A DNA stretch of 64,000 nucleotides. Source: Cyanophora paradoxa CCMP329. Its lineage: Eukaryota > Plantae > Glaucophyta. The position numbers and the translations under genes are program-made. Shown piece by piece: positions 48,326-59,611 of the stretch. The number at the start of each line of letters is the position of its first letter. Position 1 is the stretch's first letter. The stretch lies in assembly GCA_004431415.1 (NCBI GenBank), contig QPMI01000130.1, forward strand, positions 29,930-93,929, read 5' to 3'. The notes beneath the pieces are model-generated. The model was not told where the DNA came from, searched no databases, and was given only the letters and a program-made list of their open reading frames with translations.

Positions 48326-51300
48326 ATGCCTGCGAAAGGTCCGGCCCGCCCCTGTGCGCGCGGCGCATCGCCTTATCTCGTCGCAGGCATATCGGCGCTG
48401 GCAGAAGAACCGGACGAGAAGCGCCGCAGCAGCAGGCTCTCCAGCCGGGCGAAGGCGCGCCCCGGGAGCGATGCAGACGACGACGAGGAGGAAGCGGCCT
48501 CGGCGCAGTCGGCGCGCAGCGGGATCAGCCGGCTCAACCGATCCTTCCGTAACCGGAGCTTCAGGAACAACGGGAGCATGCGGCGGCAGAGGCTCGTCGG
48601 CCTCGGGGAGCTCGCGCTGGGCCGCGACAGCCCCGCCAACACGGAGCGCGCCGCCGCCGCCGCCGCCGCCGCCCCGCACGCGCAACGCATCCCCAGCCTG
48701 ACCGGCGGGAGCCCCGAGCCGGGCGGCCTGGGCGCGCTGGGCGGCACCCCGGGGGCGCCGCAGGGCGCGCGCACCTCGACGAACGCCAACAACCGGCGCG
48801 GCTCGGTCGCGGCGGCGCTCGCGGGGTGGCGCTGCTCGCGCCGGGCCCGGCGCGAGCGCGGGTGGCGCCGGCGGAAGGGACGCCGGCGGGGACGGAGGCG
48901 GACACGGACGACCTGGAGGGCGGGGCGGGGGCGGGGCGGGCCCGGGGAGAAGGCCCCGATGAGCTCGCGCCTGGGCGGCCTGCTCGCCTCCTTCTCGGAC
49001 CCCGCGCTCGAGCGGCGCTTCCGCAGCTGGTGCGCCGCGCGGCACCGGCGGCGGGCGGCGCTCTTCGTCGCATCGGCCCTCGCCACCGCCCTCCTCGCCC
49101 TCGTCCTCTGCTCCGCCCTCGCCGGCCGCGCCCTCGCCGGCCCATGCTCCCCTACGGCCTCGCCCTCGTCGCAGTGCGCCCCCGGCCCCGCCGCCCCGCC
49201 CCGCGCGCCCCGCCGCCCTCACGCGGGACCGCCGCGCAGTTCCTGGCGGTCTTCACGGCGGCGTACGGGGCGGCGCTGCTGGCGCCCCGGCTGCGCTGGC
49301 TGCGGGCGCGGTGGCAGGCGCTGGGACGGGGCTGCTGGTGGGCGTGCTGGCGTGGCTCGCGGCGGGCCTCCCCTACACCCTCGACCCGCTCCTCTACGCC
49401 GCCCTCGCCGTCCTCCTCCCCCAGGCCGGCGCCGCGCTGCTCGGCCTCCGCGCCGCCACCGCCCTCGGCCTCGCGGCGGCGGCGTGCGCGGCGCTGGTGG
49501 TCGAGGCGGCGGCGATCCCGCGCCTGCGGGAGATGCCCCAGTCCTGGAGGCCGTCTTCGTCCTCTTCGCCGCCTGCTTCTTTGCCGGCCAGGCCGCCGCT
49601 GGGCCGAGGGCGGCCAGCGCCGCGAGTTCGGGCGCGGGGCGCGCCTGCGGGAGCGGGTGGCGGCGGCGCGGGCGGAGCTGCAGTCGCTGCGGGCGCTGCA
49701 GCGGGAGGCGGAGCGGGGGGCGGGGGCGGAGGCGGGGAGGCGGGGCCGGCGACGGGGACGGAGCCTCCCTCGCCGGGCTCCCGCAAGCCCTCCAACGTCG
49801 TCGTCACCCCTATGGAGGCCCGCCCCCGCCCCGCCCCGCCCCGCCCCGCACCCCTCTAGCCTCCCAGCGCCGCGCCGGCACCCCGGCCGCCCCGCTCGCC
49901 GCAGCTAGCGCGCCGCTCGGGTGGCGCCGGGGGCGGGCCGGGAGCGGGGAGGAGCGGGGGGTGAGGCGGGGCGGGGGCGCAGGTGGTGATGCGGCGGATC
50001 AACGACATGCGGGAGGAGGCGCTGGCGGAGGGGGCGGACGCGGTGGCCGACGGCCTCGAGGCGATCGCGGAGCTCATCGCGGGCACCGGCTCGAACCTCT
50101 TCGCGCCGAGCGTCCTCGCCGTCGCCGACGGGGCCCCGCGCCCCTCGTCCAGGACGACCACATCACCCGCTGGCTCCAGTCCGAGGCCCGCCCCCGCCCC
50201 GCCACCGGCCCCGCCACCGGCCCGCCCCGCCCGCCCCCGCCCCGCTGACCCCGCGCCCAGCTGGCCGCCCCCGCGCCGGCCCCCGAGCGCCTCTCGCGGG
50301 CGCCGCTGCCGCCGCTGCAGAGCCTGGCGCACCCGCGGAGCCCCGGGGGGCGCAGAGCGGGCCGGGGCGGTGGACGGGGCGCAGGCGGGGCCGCCGGCGG
50401 TGCAGGCGGCGCCGCTGGGCGCGTCGCTCTCGGGGGCGCCGGAGCTGCAGCGGCTGCTGGCGGGGGCCTTCCGCTGGGACTTCGACACGATGGCGCTGGA
50501 CGCGGCGGCCGGCGGGCACGGCCTGCGCGTGCTCGCCTCGCACGCGCTGCGCGAGACGGGCCTCGCCCAGCGCCTCGGCCTCCCCGCCGCGCCCCTCGAG
50601 CGCTTCCTCGAGTACGTCGAGCTCGACTACCAGGCCCGCCCCGCCCCGCCCCGCCCCGCTCCGCCGCCTGACGGCCTCGCCCGCGGGGGCGCGCAGCCGA
50701 ACAGCTACCACAACGCGACGCACGCGTGCGACGTGCTGCAGGCGGCGCTCGCCTTCCTCGCCGTCTCCGACGAGCTCCGCGCCGCACTCTCCGACCGCGA
50801 CCTCCTCGGCCCGCCCCCGCCCCGCCCCCGCCCCCGCCCCGCCACGCCTGACGGGCGGGGCAGCGGCGATCGTGGCGGCGGTGACGCACGACATGGGGCA
50901 CGAGGGCCGCAACAACAACTTTGAGATCGCCACCGCCTCGGAGCGCGCCCTCGTCTACAACGACCGCTCCGTCCTCGGTCCGCCCCGCCCCGCCCCGCCC
51001 CGCCCCGCCCCGCCCCGCCCCGCCTCATGCTGGGCGGGGGCCAGAGAACTACCACGCGTCGCGGTGCTTCCAGCTGCTGCGCCTCCCCGAGTGCGACTTC
51101 ACCGCCGCGCTCCCCGCGGGGGAGCGGCGGGCCCTCCGCCGCGCCGTCGTCGGCGCCGTCCTCGCCACCGACGTGCGCCGCCCCACCGCGAGGTCACCCT
51201 CGCAGGCGGCTCACGGGTGCGACGGGTGCGCTCAGATCTCGCACCACTTCGACAACCTGGGGGCCTTCCGCGCGCGCTCCGTGCTCCCCGAGTTCGGCGC

Positions 51301-52549
51301 CTCCGACGACGACCGCCAGATCCTCGTCCGCCCCCGCCGCCCCCGCCCCGCCCCGCCCCCCCGCCCTCACCCCGCCCCCGCCCCCCCGCAGCTCAACATG
51401 CTCCTCAAGTGCGCCGACCTCGGCAACGCAGGTGCCGCCGCCCCTGCGCGCCGGGGCCCCGCCGGGCGGGCCGGGGCGTGACGGGTGGGGGCCTGCAGCG
51501 CGGCCGCTGCGGACGTACATGGCGTGGGCCGGCTGGGTCATGGACGAGTTCTGGGAGCAGGGTGCGCCGCCCCCGCCCTCCCCCCGCGCCGGGCGGGGCG
51601 GGGGCGTGAGCGGGGCGGGGCAGGGGACGAGGAGCGGCGGCGCGGGCTGCCGCTGAGCCCCTGGATGGACCGCGAGAAGCCCGAGGTCGGCAAGTGCCAG
51701 AGGTGCCGCCCGCGCCCCGCCCGCCCCGCCCCCTCGCCCCGCGCGCCGCTGAGGCGGGCCCCGCAGCGGCTTCATCGACTTCCTCGTGGAGCCCCTCTAC
51801 AGGTCGGTCCTCTTAGCTCCGCCCCGCCCCGCGCGGCGGCGAGCGGGGCGCAGCTCCTGGGCCGCCTGCTTCCCTGCTTTCCAGCCGCACCTCGCCCTCG
51901 TCCGCGCCAACCGCGCCCACTGGCGCAAGGCCCGCGCCCCGCCCCCGCCCCCGCCGGCCCGCCGCCCCGCCGAGCGCCGGCGCAGGTGGAGGAGGGCGAG
52001 CTCGCGCCGGCGGGGCCCGCCCCGAGGCCCGCTCGCCGCCCGCCGCGCCGGCAGCGGCGGGGGCGGAGTCGGTGCGGGGGCGTCGGGGCCGACGGGGACG
52101 CGGGGCCCGCGGCGGGCGTCGGTGCTGCCGGCGCTGCTGCTGCAGGGCGGCGTCCGCCCCGCCGCCCCGCCCTCCCTCGAGGACCTCTCCGCGCCCCGCA
52201 GCCGCCCCCCGCCGAGGCCGCACGCCGCGGCGCCCCGCCCCCGCCCCCGCGTGGGGCAGCGACCCGGCGCCCCGCCCTTCCATCTCCCGCTCCGCCTCCT
52301 CCCGCCTGCCGCCCCTCCTCGCCACCGACCCCCCGCTCCTCGCCCCGCCCCCGCCCCCGCCCCGCCCCCGCCCCCGCCCCGCCCCGCCCCGCCCCCGCCC
52401 CCGCCCCCGCCTCCGCCTCCGGCGCCCCGCCGGCGCTCGAGAGCGTTAGCCCCCTCTCGCCCCCTGGGCCCCTCGGGACGGAGTCCGAGCCCCCCGCTGC
52501 GGCGGACTCCGCAGCTGCGAGGGGGGGATTCGAGCGCGATGGCGAGTAG
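48326..52549 (+). CDS. Membrane-bound class I cyclic nucleotide phosphodiesterase
   Basis: NSYHNATHACDV, HDMGHEGRNNNF, YNDRSVLENYH, LATD, KCADLGN, EFWEQGDEE, QSGFIDFLVEPLY; hydrophobic multi-TM block at 49.0-49.6 kb with apparent frameshifts. Confidence 0.93.
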
Positions 52550-53175
52550 GCCTCGCGTGCATCTCCGCCATCGTCCCAACCTCAGCGCCTGGGCTTCCGA
52601 CGCGGCGACGCGGCTCCCGGTTTCGAGTTCAACGGTTCTGGGTCCGGAGCTCGGCGGCTTTGAATTCGATAGGCTTCGAATTCCCGGCCCGGAGAACTAG
52701 TCCTGTATACGAAGTTGATCATGAGACTTCAATGTCCGTTCATCAAGCTGAAGTGTTACTTGGGATTGTCACGATCAAAATCGCCGCGCCGCGCGCACAT
52801 GCGCACGCACTTCCGGATCCGAAGTTCTAAGTTTTCAACTTTAAATTTGGCAACCTTTAAATTCAAGTTTTCACCCGATCGCGAACGGACCATGGCCATC
52901 ATGATGACGTAGCACTGACGTAAGAGCCATCACGTGCCCCTGGCCTAGCAGAGGCTAGCACAACTCTATCCTCCAACTTCGAATTCAACTTGTCGCCGCG
53001 TTTTTTTGCAACCGACAAGGCTTGTCCAATGGCATTTCATCCGGCCCGGGATCTCAGGCTTTCTCAGCCTCGCGAGTCGCGACCGTCGGACTCGCGAGCC
53101 TCGAGCTCTGTGTAGGAAGACAAAAAAAGGCCTGGGGCCGGGGCCCGGTGGCACCGCCGGCGCGGTACGTATACG

Positions 53176-53446
53176 TACCGTGTAACACATAAATACTGGA
53201 CTCACTTAGTTAACAGAGTCCCAAATTAACAGACCGAGATTTTGACATAGTCTGTTCATTTGGGACTCTGCTAATTCGCTGCAGTCAGTCGTCCCATACA
53301 ATCTACCCCCCAACATTACCACCCCAAACAAGCCCAAATTGTTTAGTCTCTTAATTTGGGACTCTGTTATTTCGCCTAAGGGAGGACCAGATTTTATAAC
53401 CTGTTCACGGTTAATTAACGGGCTGTTAATTTAGTGTTACACGGTA
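53176..53446. mobile_element. MITE (CCGT termini, TA target duplication)
   Basis: TACCGTGTAACAC ... GTGTTACACGGTA (13-bp perfect inverted match including TA); internal CAGAGTCCCAAAT/ATTTGGGACTCTG inverted repeats. Confidence 0.8.
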
Positions 53447-54060
53447 TACCCGGTACGGCGGTGCGGCGGGCGGACGGTGCGGGCCCGGGCGCCGGCCGTG
53501 CGGCGGCCCCGGCCGCGGTGCCTGACTCAGTGATTTCGATGAATTTTCAGTCAATTTGTCAACGCCAAGCCGCATGCGGCCGCATGCAAGCTGTACTACG
53601 GTAGCTTGTAGCTTTGGAATTCTCGGCTTTGAGCCTTACGTGAATGGGTACACAGTACGTCTAGCTACATGCATATGCATGCAAATGCACATGTACACTA
53701 CTACGTATACTAGTCTACTACTAGAGAGACTATAGCTACTAGCTAGTACTAGTGACACCACGACGTGACCACGTCGATCGCACTATACTATAGCTAGCTA
53801 TAGCAGCCCTAGCTATAGCAGCCAAGCCAAGCTCGAGCTCCAGCGCAGCTCGAGCTCGAGCTCAGCGGCTTGTCTGGAGCTCCAAGCCGATCGCAAGCTT
53901 TGAATTTTTTTTAAGTTTGACATGCAGACATATGCATGATACTATGATACAGCTACTAGTACTAGCTAATAGCCCGGTACAGACCGTATACGTATACAGT
54001 ATGCCGCAGCATTGCCGCTTCGGGACGACCGAAACGGTACCGGTACTACGGCCCGGCGGT

Positions 54061-54288
54061 ACTGTAGATCCACAAAGTTAGGCGTCGCTTTTCATAGACG
54101 TCCGATCGACGTTTGCCCACCCGTCGTGATAGACGTTCACAAAGATAGACGAGCTGCGCGTCGCTCCATACAAGCGTTACTATGGCGTACCCCCTTCAGG
54201 GACAGTTAAGACGGGGATTAACTTAAACGAATGGGTGAACTCGTCTATCCGCGCCTAACTTTGTCGACGCACTTTGTGGATAAACAGT
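54061..54288. mobile_element. MITE-like element
   Basis: ACTGTAGATCCACAAAGT versus the reverse complement of ACTTTGTGGATAAACAGT (16/18); subterminal ACAAAGTTAGGCG/CGCCTAACTTTGT inverted pair. Confidence 0.65.
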
Positions 54289-55271
54289 GGATTCACATGC
54301 AGTAGCACGAAATTGAAAAGCTCGCAAGCTTGTCTGATCAGTGAATTCGAACGTTCCGGACCTCCGGTCCGTCGCCCGAAATTACTAAAAGTTAGTGGAC
54401 TCCGGGAGCCCGAAATTATCATAGTATAACTAACTTAGTAAGAATCTGCATGCTTACCGTAGTACATTTTTAAAAGCACAACCGAATTCGAATTTCGAAG
54501 TGTCACAGTGACTGTGACAGTGTTAAACGTAACCTTAAAACGTTAACGTTAACGTTAACGTTTCTTTATAATTAATTACTCTCTAACTTAGTAGAGTCTA
54601 CCGGGTAGCCTAGTCGATCTATGGCGGTTACAGTTTTTAACTGACGCATTTAAATTTTGCACTGGCATGCCTCAAAATGCATGGATGGGATGACGGCAGG
54701 TGGCTCTCGAACTTACTTCCTCCACGGACGCTCCGTCATGGGCTCGACTCGAGCTCGCGGCTAGCTTCGAGGCTTGTGCTTCCCCTGGCTTGCTACCGCC
54801 GCTACCGCGGTAGCTGCGCGCGTCGCGCGCTGCAGCTGCGCATGCAGATCTAGAAGGGAGCAGCTAGGAGGGAGCTTCGCAGCTGTCGGAGCCTGCAGCA
54901 GTAGCATCCCATCCGCATGCGCAGCTGCTGAACGCGTGGATGTGCACGTGCTAGCGCTTCTTTACTGCACCGGCCTGCAGCTGGAGCTGTTTCCCCGTTG
55001 TCACCGACGTCGCCAAAGCTCCATCCGACGGGCTTGTGCCGCTGTGAATCCTACAAACCACACGACACAAGCGCGGCGACAGTCGTCTCCATCAGTCGTG
55101 CACGCGTCGCAAGCACGCAGAGCGCAAGGCGGTGCCGCTGGCCCGGAGGTCGTCGGCGGGCGTTACGTGCGTCGTCGGAGGACCTGCGATGTGCGCGCGC
55201 TGCACAGCTGGATCGAGAATCGCCCGCTGACCTGCGTGACCCAAACAGAGCTCGAAGCAAGGTCGGAGAAG

Positions 55272-56765
55272 ATGCTGATGGCCTTTCCTCGCCCCAAGGA
55301 GGCAGGCCCGTGGGGAGGCGAGAGCAACTGCTTCGACTCGGTCCCGATGTCTTGCCGGAGCTCCGGCGCCAGCGCGGCCTCTGACCGCGACATGCTCGTG
55401 GTCCGCGCCCCCGGCCCCGCCGGCCGCGCTGCGCCCCGGCGAGCCCCGGCGCAGGCGCGGATGGCGGCGGAGGAGGCGCTTCGGATGAGCTACCTCTCGG
55501 GCTCGCCCGTGGACCCCGTGCTGGACGCGTACGCGGCCCAGGCGGCCGCTGCGGCGGCGGCCGCCGCCGTGCGCGCCGTCAAGAGCGGGGCCGCGGGGCG
55601 CGGCCTCGCGGGCGCCTCGTGCGCCTCGTCGGAGACGTCCTCGGTGGTGTCGCCGCCGGAGCGCTGCTCGTCGCCGACCTCGTCGGCCGGCAGCGACGAG
55701 CGCCTCGCCCCGGGGCCCGCCGGCGCCGCGCGCGAGGCCGCCGTCGTCTCCCCGACCGCCGGCGTCGACCCCCTCGGGCCCTCCCCCACCAACAAGCACG
55801 CCGAGCTCTACAAGGTCACAGCCCCCCGCCCCCGCGCCCCGCTGCGGCGGCGGCGCTGACGGGGCGGCGGCAGACGGAGATGTGCCGCTCGTGGAACGAG
55901 TCGGGGACGTGCCGGTACGGGATGAAGTGCCAGTTCGCGCACGGCGCGGACGAGCTGCGGCCCGTGCAGCGCCACCCGCGCTACAAGTCCCAGCACTGCA
56001 TCTCCTTCCACACCATCGGCACCTGCGCCTACGGCAAGCGCTGCCGCTTCTCCCACGAGCCCGGCCCCGCCGCCGCCGCCGCCGTCGCCGCCGCGGCCGC
56101 CGCGGCCGCCGCGGGGAGCGCGCCGGACGCCGCCAAGGGCCCCTCGCCCCCGATCTCCCCCACGGCCCTCCCCGCCGTCCCCGCCGCCCCGGCCCCGCAC
56201 CCGCGCCGGCTCCCGCCTTGGCACCGGCCCCGGTCCCGGCCCCGGCCGGTGTGTCGGGCCCGACGGCGACGGCGCAGGCGAAGCTGGCGGCCGCGGCGGC
56301 GGCAGCCGCCGCCGCGGCCGCGCAGTGGGAGCGGCAGGCGCGTGAGGTGCAGCAGCTGCAGGCGCAGCAGGCGGCGTACGAGCAGGCGATGGCGCGCGCG
56401 CACCGCCACATCCTCATCCACCAGCAGGCCATCGCCTCGGGCCAGCCCCTCGACCCCGCCCAGCACGCCGCCGCCGCCGCCGCCCTCGCCGCCGCTGCCA
56501 AGGCCGCCGCTGCCGCCGCCGCCGCCGCCGCCGCCAACGCCGGCGTGCCGGTGCCGGCGCCGCCGCCGGCCGGGGCCGGGGTGCCGTCGCCGCTGGGGCG
56601 GGCTCGCCGGCGAAGGGCCTCTCGCCGCGGAGCACGGGGGAGGGGCCGGGGGAGGCGGGGCCCGGCGGGGAGCGGTCGCCGGGGAGCGGGAGCGAGGACG
56701 AGGACGGCTCGGGGCGGCGCCTCCCCATCTTCGCCCGCCTCGAGCAGCTCTCCGTCCGCCCCTGA
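55272..56765 (+). CDS. Tandem CCCH zinc-finger protein (TIS11/ZFP36-like), paralog 2
   Basis: LYK|[61 protein letters not shown]; C-terminal [17 protein letters not shown] reached after apparent frameshifts. Confidence 0.93.
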
Positions 56766-57826
56766 GCGCCCCCGCCGGCCCCGGGGCCCCGCCCGCTGCC
56801 CGGGGCCGAGACCCCCTCGGCTTCGATTTTCGATACCCCTGCATACCGTACCGTACCTGCCTCGGACCGTTTCGGACGACCCGGACTCTCCATGCATTTC
56901 AAGCGATCAATTCAAGCGCGAAGGATACAATACGTGGCACACTAGTATATGTTGTGGTTTGATTCGCTCCCTCTAGGTTAGTCCTCCTAAATGTTTTTTA
57001 TCTTTTTTCCGGCGTTTTTGCGCACTATACAGCCCTCTCGGTTTTATGACGAGAGTGACGATCCTATGAAGCTTATTTCAGTTCTTCCTTTGTGGTATTC
57101 ATAGTCGTGACCATGATGCTAGGCAGCCGTTGGCGGACATCACTCGGTCTTCGGTCTTTTATAATTAGCTAGCCGCATTCCTTTTTATCTCGATCGGGCC
57201 TTATCTTTGCGGTGGAGCTCTAGTAGAGCTCCTTTGGTTGTTAGGCACTGTGCGTATACTATCATAGTATAGGGTCCGATGGTCGTAGTATGCCTGGTTA
57301 TATGTCCTTGACTTATTCTAAAGTATGAATAATGGTATCAAATTGTCAGTGTCGTGCACGGTGCTCGAGTCGCGCAGCGACTCTCGCCGCCGTGACTGCT
57401 TCCGAAGTTCCAGGCTCCAGCTGATTCCGAATTTCCGAGTTCCAATTCGAAGGGTGAAAACTTGAAACATCGTCACGGCGCCCTCAGGGCCACTGGGCCC
57501 GGCCATGGGGTCCCGCGGTCCAACGGTTTAGATCTTCGAGTGCCGCATGCGCAGTGCGCGTGCGCCGCGACCGTCGGACGCTTCCGAAGTTCCGAATTCG
57601 ATCGCGAGGTCCCGAGCCTCGAAGCCTTTGAAGGCTTGCGCTTCAACTTGGCAACTCGCGCTTCGAGGCCCCGAGGCCTCTGCTGATCATGAGAGTCCCC
57701 GGGGGGACCCGCCCCGACGCCGCGACAGTCTGACGGCGTCTGATGGCTCGCGCTCTCCGAGTTTCCTTTCGTCTCAGAGTCTCCGCATGCGTGCATCGGT
57801 GTCAACACTCAACAGCGTGACACGCC

Positions 57827-57865
<39 letters not shown>

Positions 57866-58093
57866 CCTGGAGCGGGGCCCTGAAGGAGGATGCGGCCCCC
57901 CGGTGCCCCTGTTCCTCCCGTCGCTCCCGCGTGCCCAAGAGCGAGCAGCGTTTCCGAGGGCAGCTTCTAGAGGGCCCCCAATCGCGTCACGGGGCACGGC
58001 CGGCCGGCACCCGGCGCGTGGCGGGGCGGGGCGGAGGCGGGGGCCGGGGCGGGGCCGGGGAGGGGCGCTGGCGCCGGGGCGGGTGCGGGGCGG

Positions 58094-59410
58094 CTAGAGG
58101 GCTGCGGCGCCCGGGTGCTGGGCCTCGAAGGCGTCGATGAGCTCCTGCAGCTCGCCCTTCACCCGCGCCGCGTCCTGCCCGCCCCCGCCGTCAGCCGCGC
58201 CGCCCAGCACCGCCCCCTCGCCGAGAGGGGCGAGGTGGTGGAGAGGGCCAAGGAGCGAGGGGGGCGGTGGAGGTGTGGGGGGACGGGGGCGACGGGGGCG
58301 GGGGCGGGGCCGGCGGGAGCGCACGGCGTCGAGGACGCGGTCGATGAAAAGGGTCCCCGACACGTGGTCGAACCTGCCCCCGCCACGCCCCCGCTCGCCC
58401 CCCGGCGCGGCGCGGGCAGGCGGGCGGGCGGGCGGGCGGGCGGGGCGGACTCGTGCTGGAAGATGCGGGCGCGCCAGCCGGAGAGGTTCATGGTGAAGGG
58501 CTTGCCGGTCACGTCCTGCGCCTCGATGCGCACCCCGACGTGCCGCTGCGCGCCCGCGCCGCCTCGTCACTGGGGCGGGGCGGGCGGGCGGGGCGGGGCG
58601 GGCGGGGCGGGCGGGGCGGGGCGGGGCGGGGCGGGGCGGGGCGGGGCGGACGACGACGTCGAAGTTGATGCCGGGGAAGGAGAGGCAGCCCTCGGGCTCG
58701 ACGTCCTTCTTCTTCGACGTGCTCGTCAGCACCGGGTTGCAGAGCACGACCTCCGGGCCCCTGCGCCCCGCCGCCGCCCCGCCCCGCTCGCCCCGCCGGC
58801 CCGCACGCCCCCGGGTTCCGCCCCGCGCACTTCTTGGGGTCCCCCTCGGGGTTGAAGACGAGCAGGCGGAGGTTCACGCCGACCTGCGCCGCCGGCTCGG
58901 GGGCGGCGCGGCGGCGAGCAGCGAGCGGGGCACCTGCGGGGCGGCGAGGCCGACGCCGTCGGTCCTGTACATCGCCTCGAACATGCGCTCGACGAGCTTC
59001 GCGAGATTCGCGTCGAAGACCCGGATCTCCTCGTTCTTCGCGCGCAGCCGCGGGTCCGGATACTTCACGATTTCCAGCGGGGCCTCCAGCAGCCGCGAGT
59101 CAATGGAACCGTCTGCCGCCGCGAGATCGACGATCGGCGCGCGCGGGCACAGGCGGGGCGCGCCGGTCCACGCACCCTCCTTCACCGGCGGGAAGCTCAC
59201 GGCGGACATCACCACCGGCGCCGCGGCGCTCGCGGACCACCTCACGCTGCATCCAAAGCGAGCCTGGCGCCCCAGGAACTCCGAGCGGAGCGCGGCGCCA
59301 GCCCGACGGGGCGCGCTGGCTCTGCAGGCCGCCACGGCGCGGGCCGCCGCCGCGGCGCGGGGGGATGCCGCAGCCAGCCCGAGGGGCGCAGAGACAGCGA
59401 AACAAGCCAT
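58094..59410 (-). CDS. def: Peptide deformylase (PDF1B-type), plastid-targeted
   Basis: [24 protein letters not shown] and QHEFDHVSG; Ala/Arg/Ser-rich transit peptide MACFAVSAP. Confidence 0.96.
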
Positions 59411-59611
59411 CTCGGGCGTCGGGTGAAGACCTCGAAGCGTCGGAAGCGAGTTTGTGGGGGTACCGGAGGCGAGCTTCGCGGCGGGTTTCGAGCTCCTGCC
59501 CCGGTGCTGGTCACGCACGTCATTGATCAGCCCTCTGCAGCGGCGGGGAGGCTCGCCCGCGGAGTCTGCGATGTCTGCCGCTGTGCACGCGTTCTAGGTC
59601 GACGGCCTGCA

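Noticed and set aside
56930-57340. AU-rich elements for autoregulation of the CCCH gene
   Set aside because: The region is T-rich but I found no canonical TTATTTATT nonamer.
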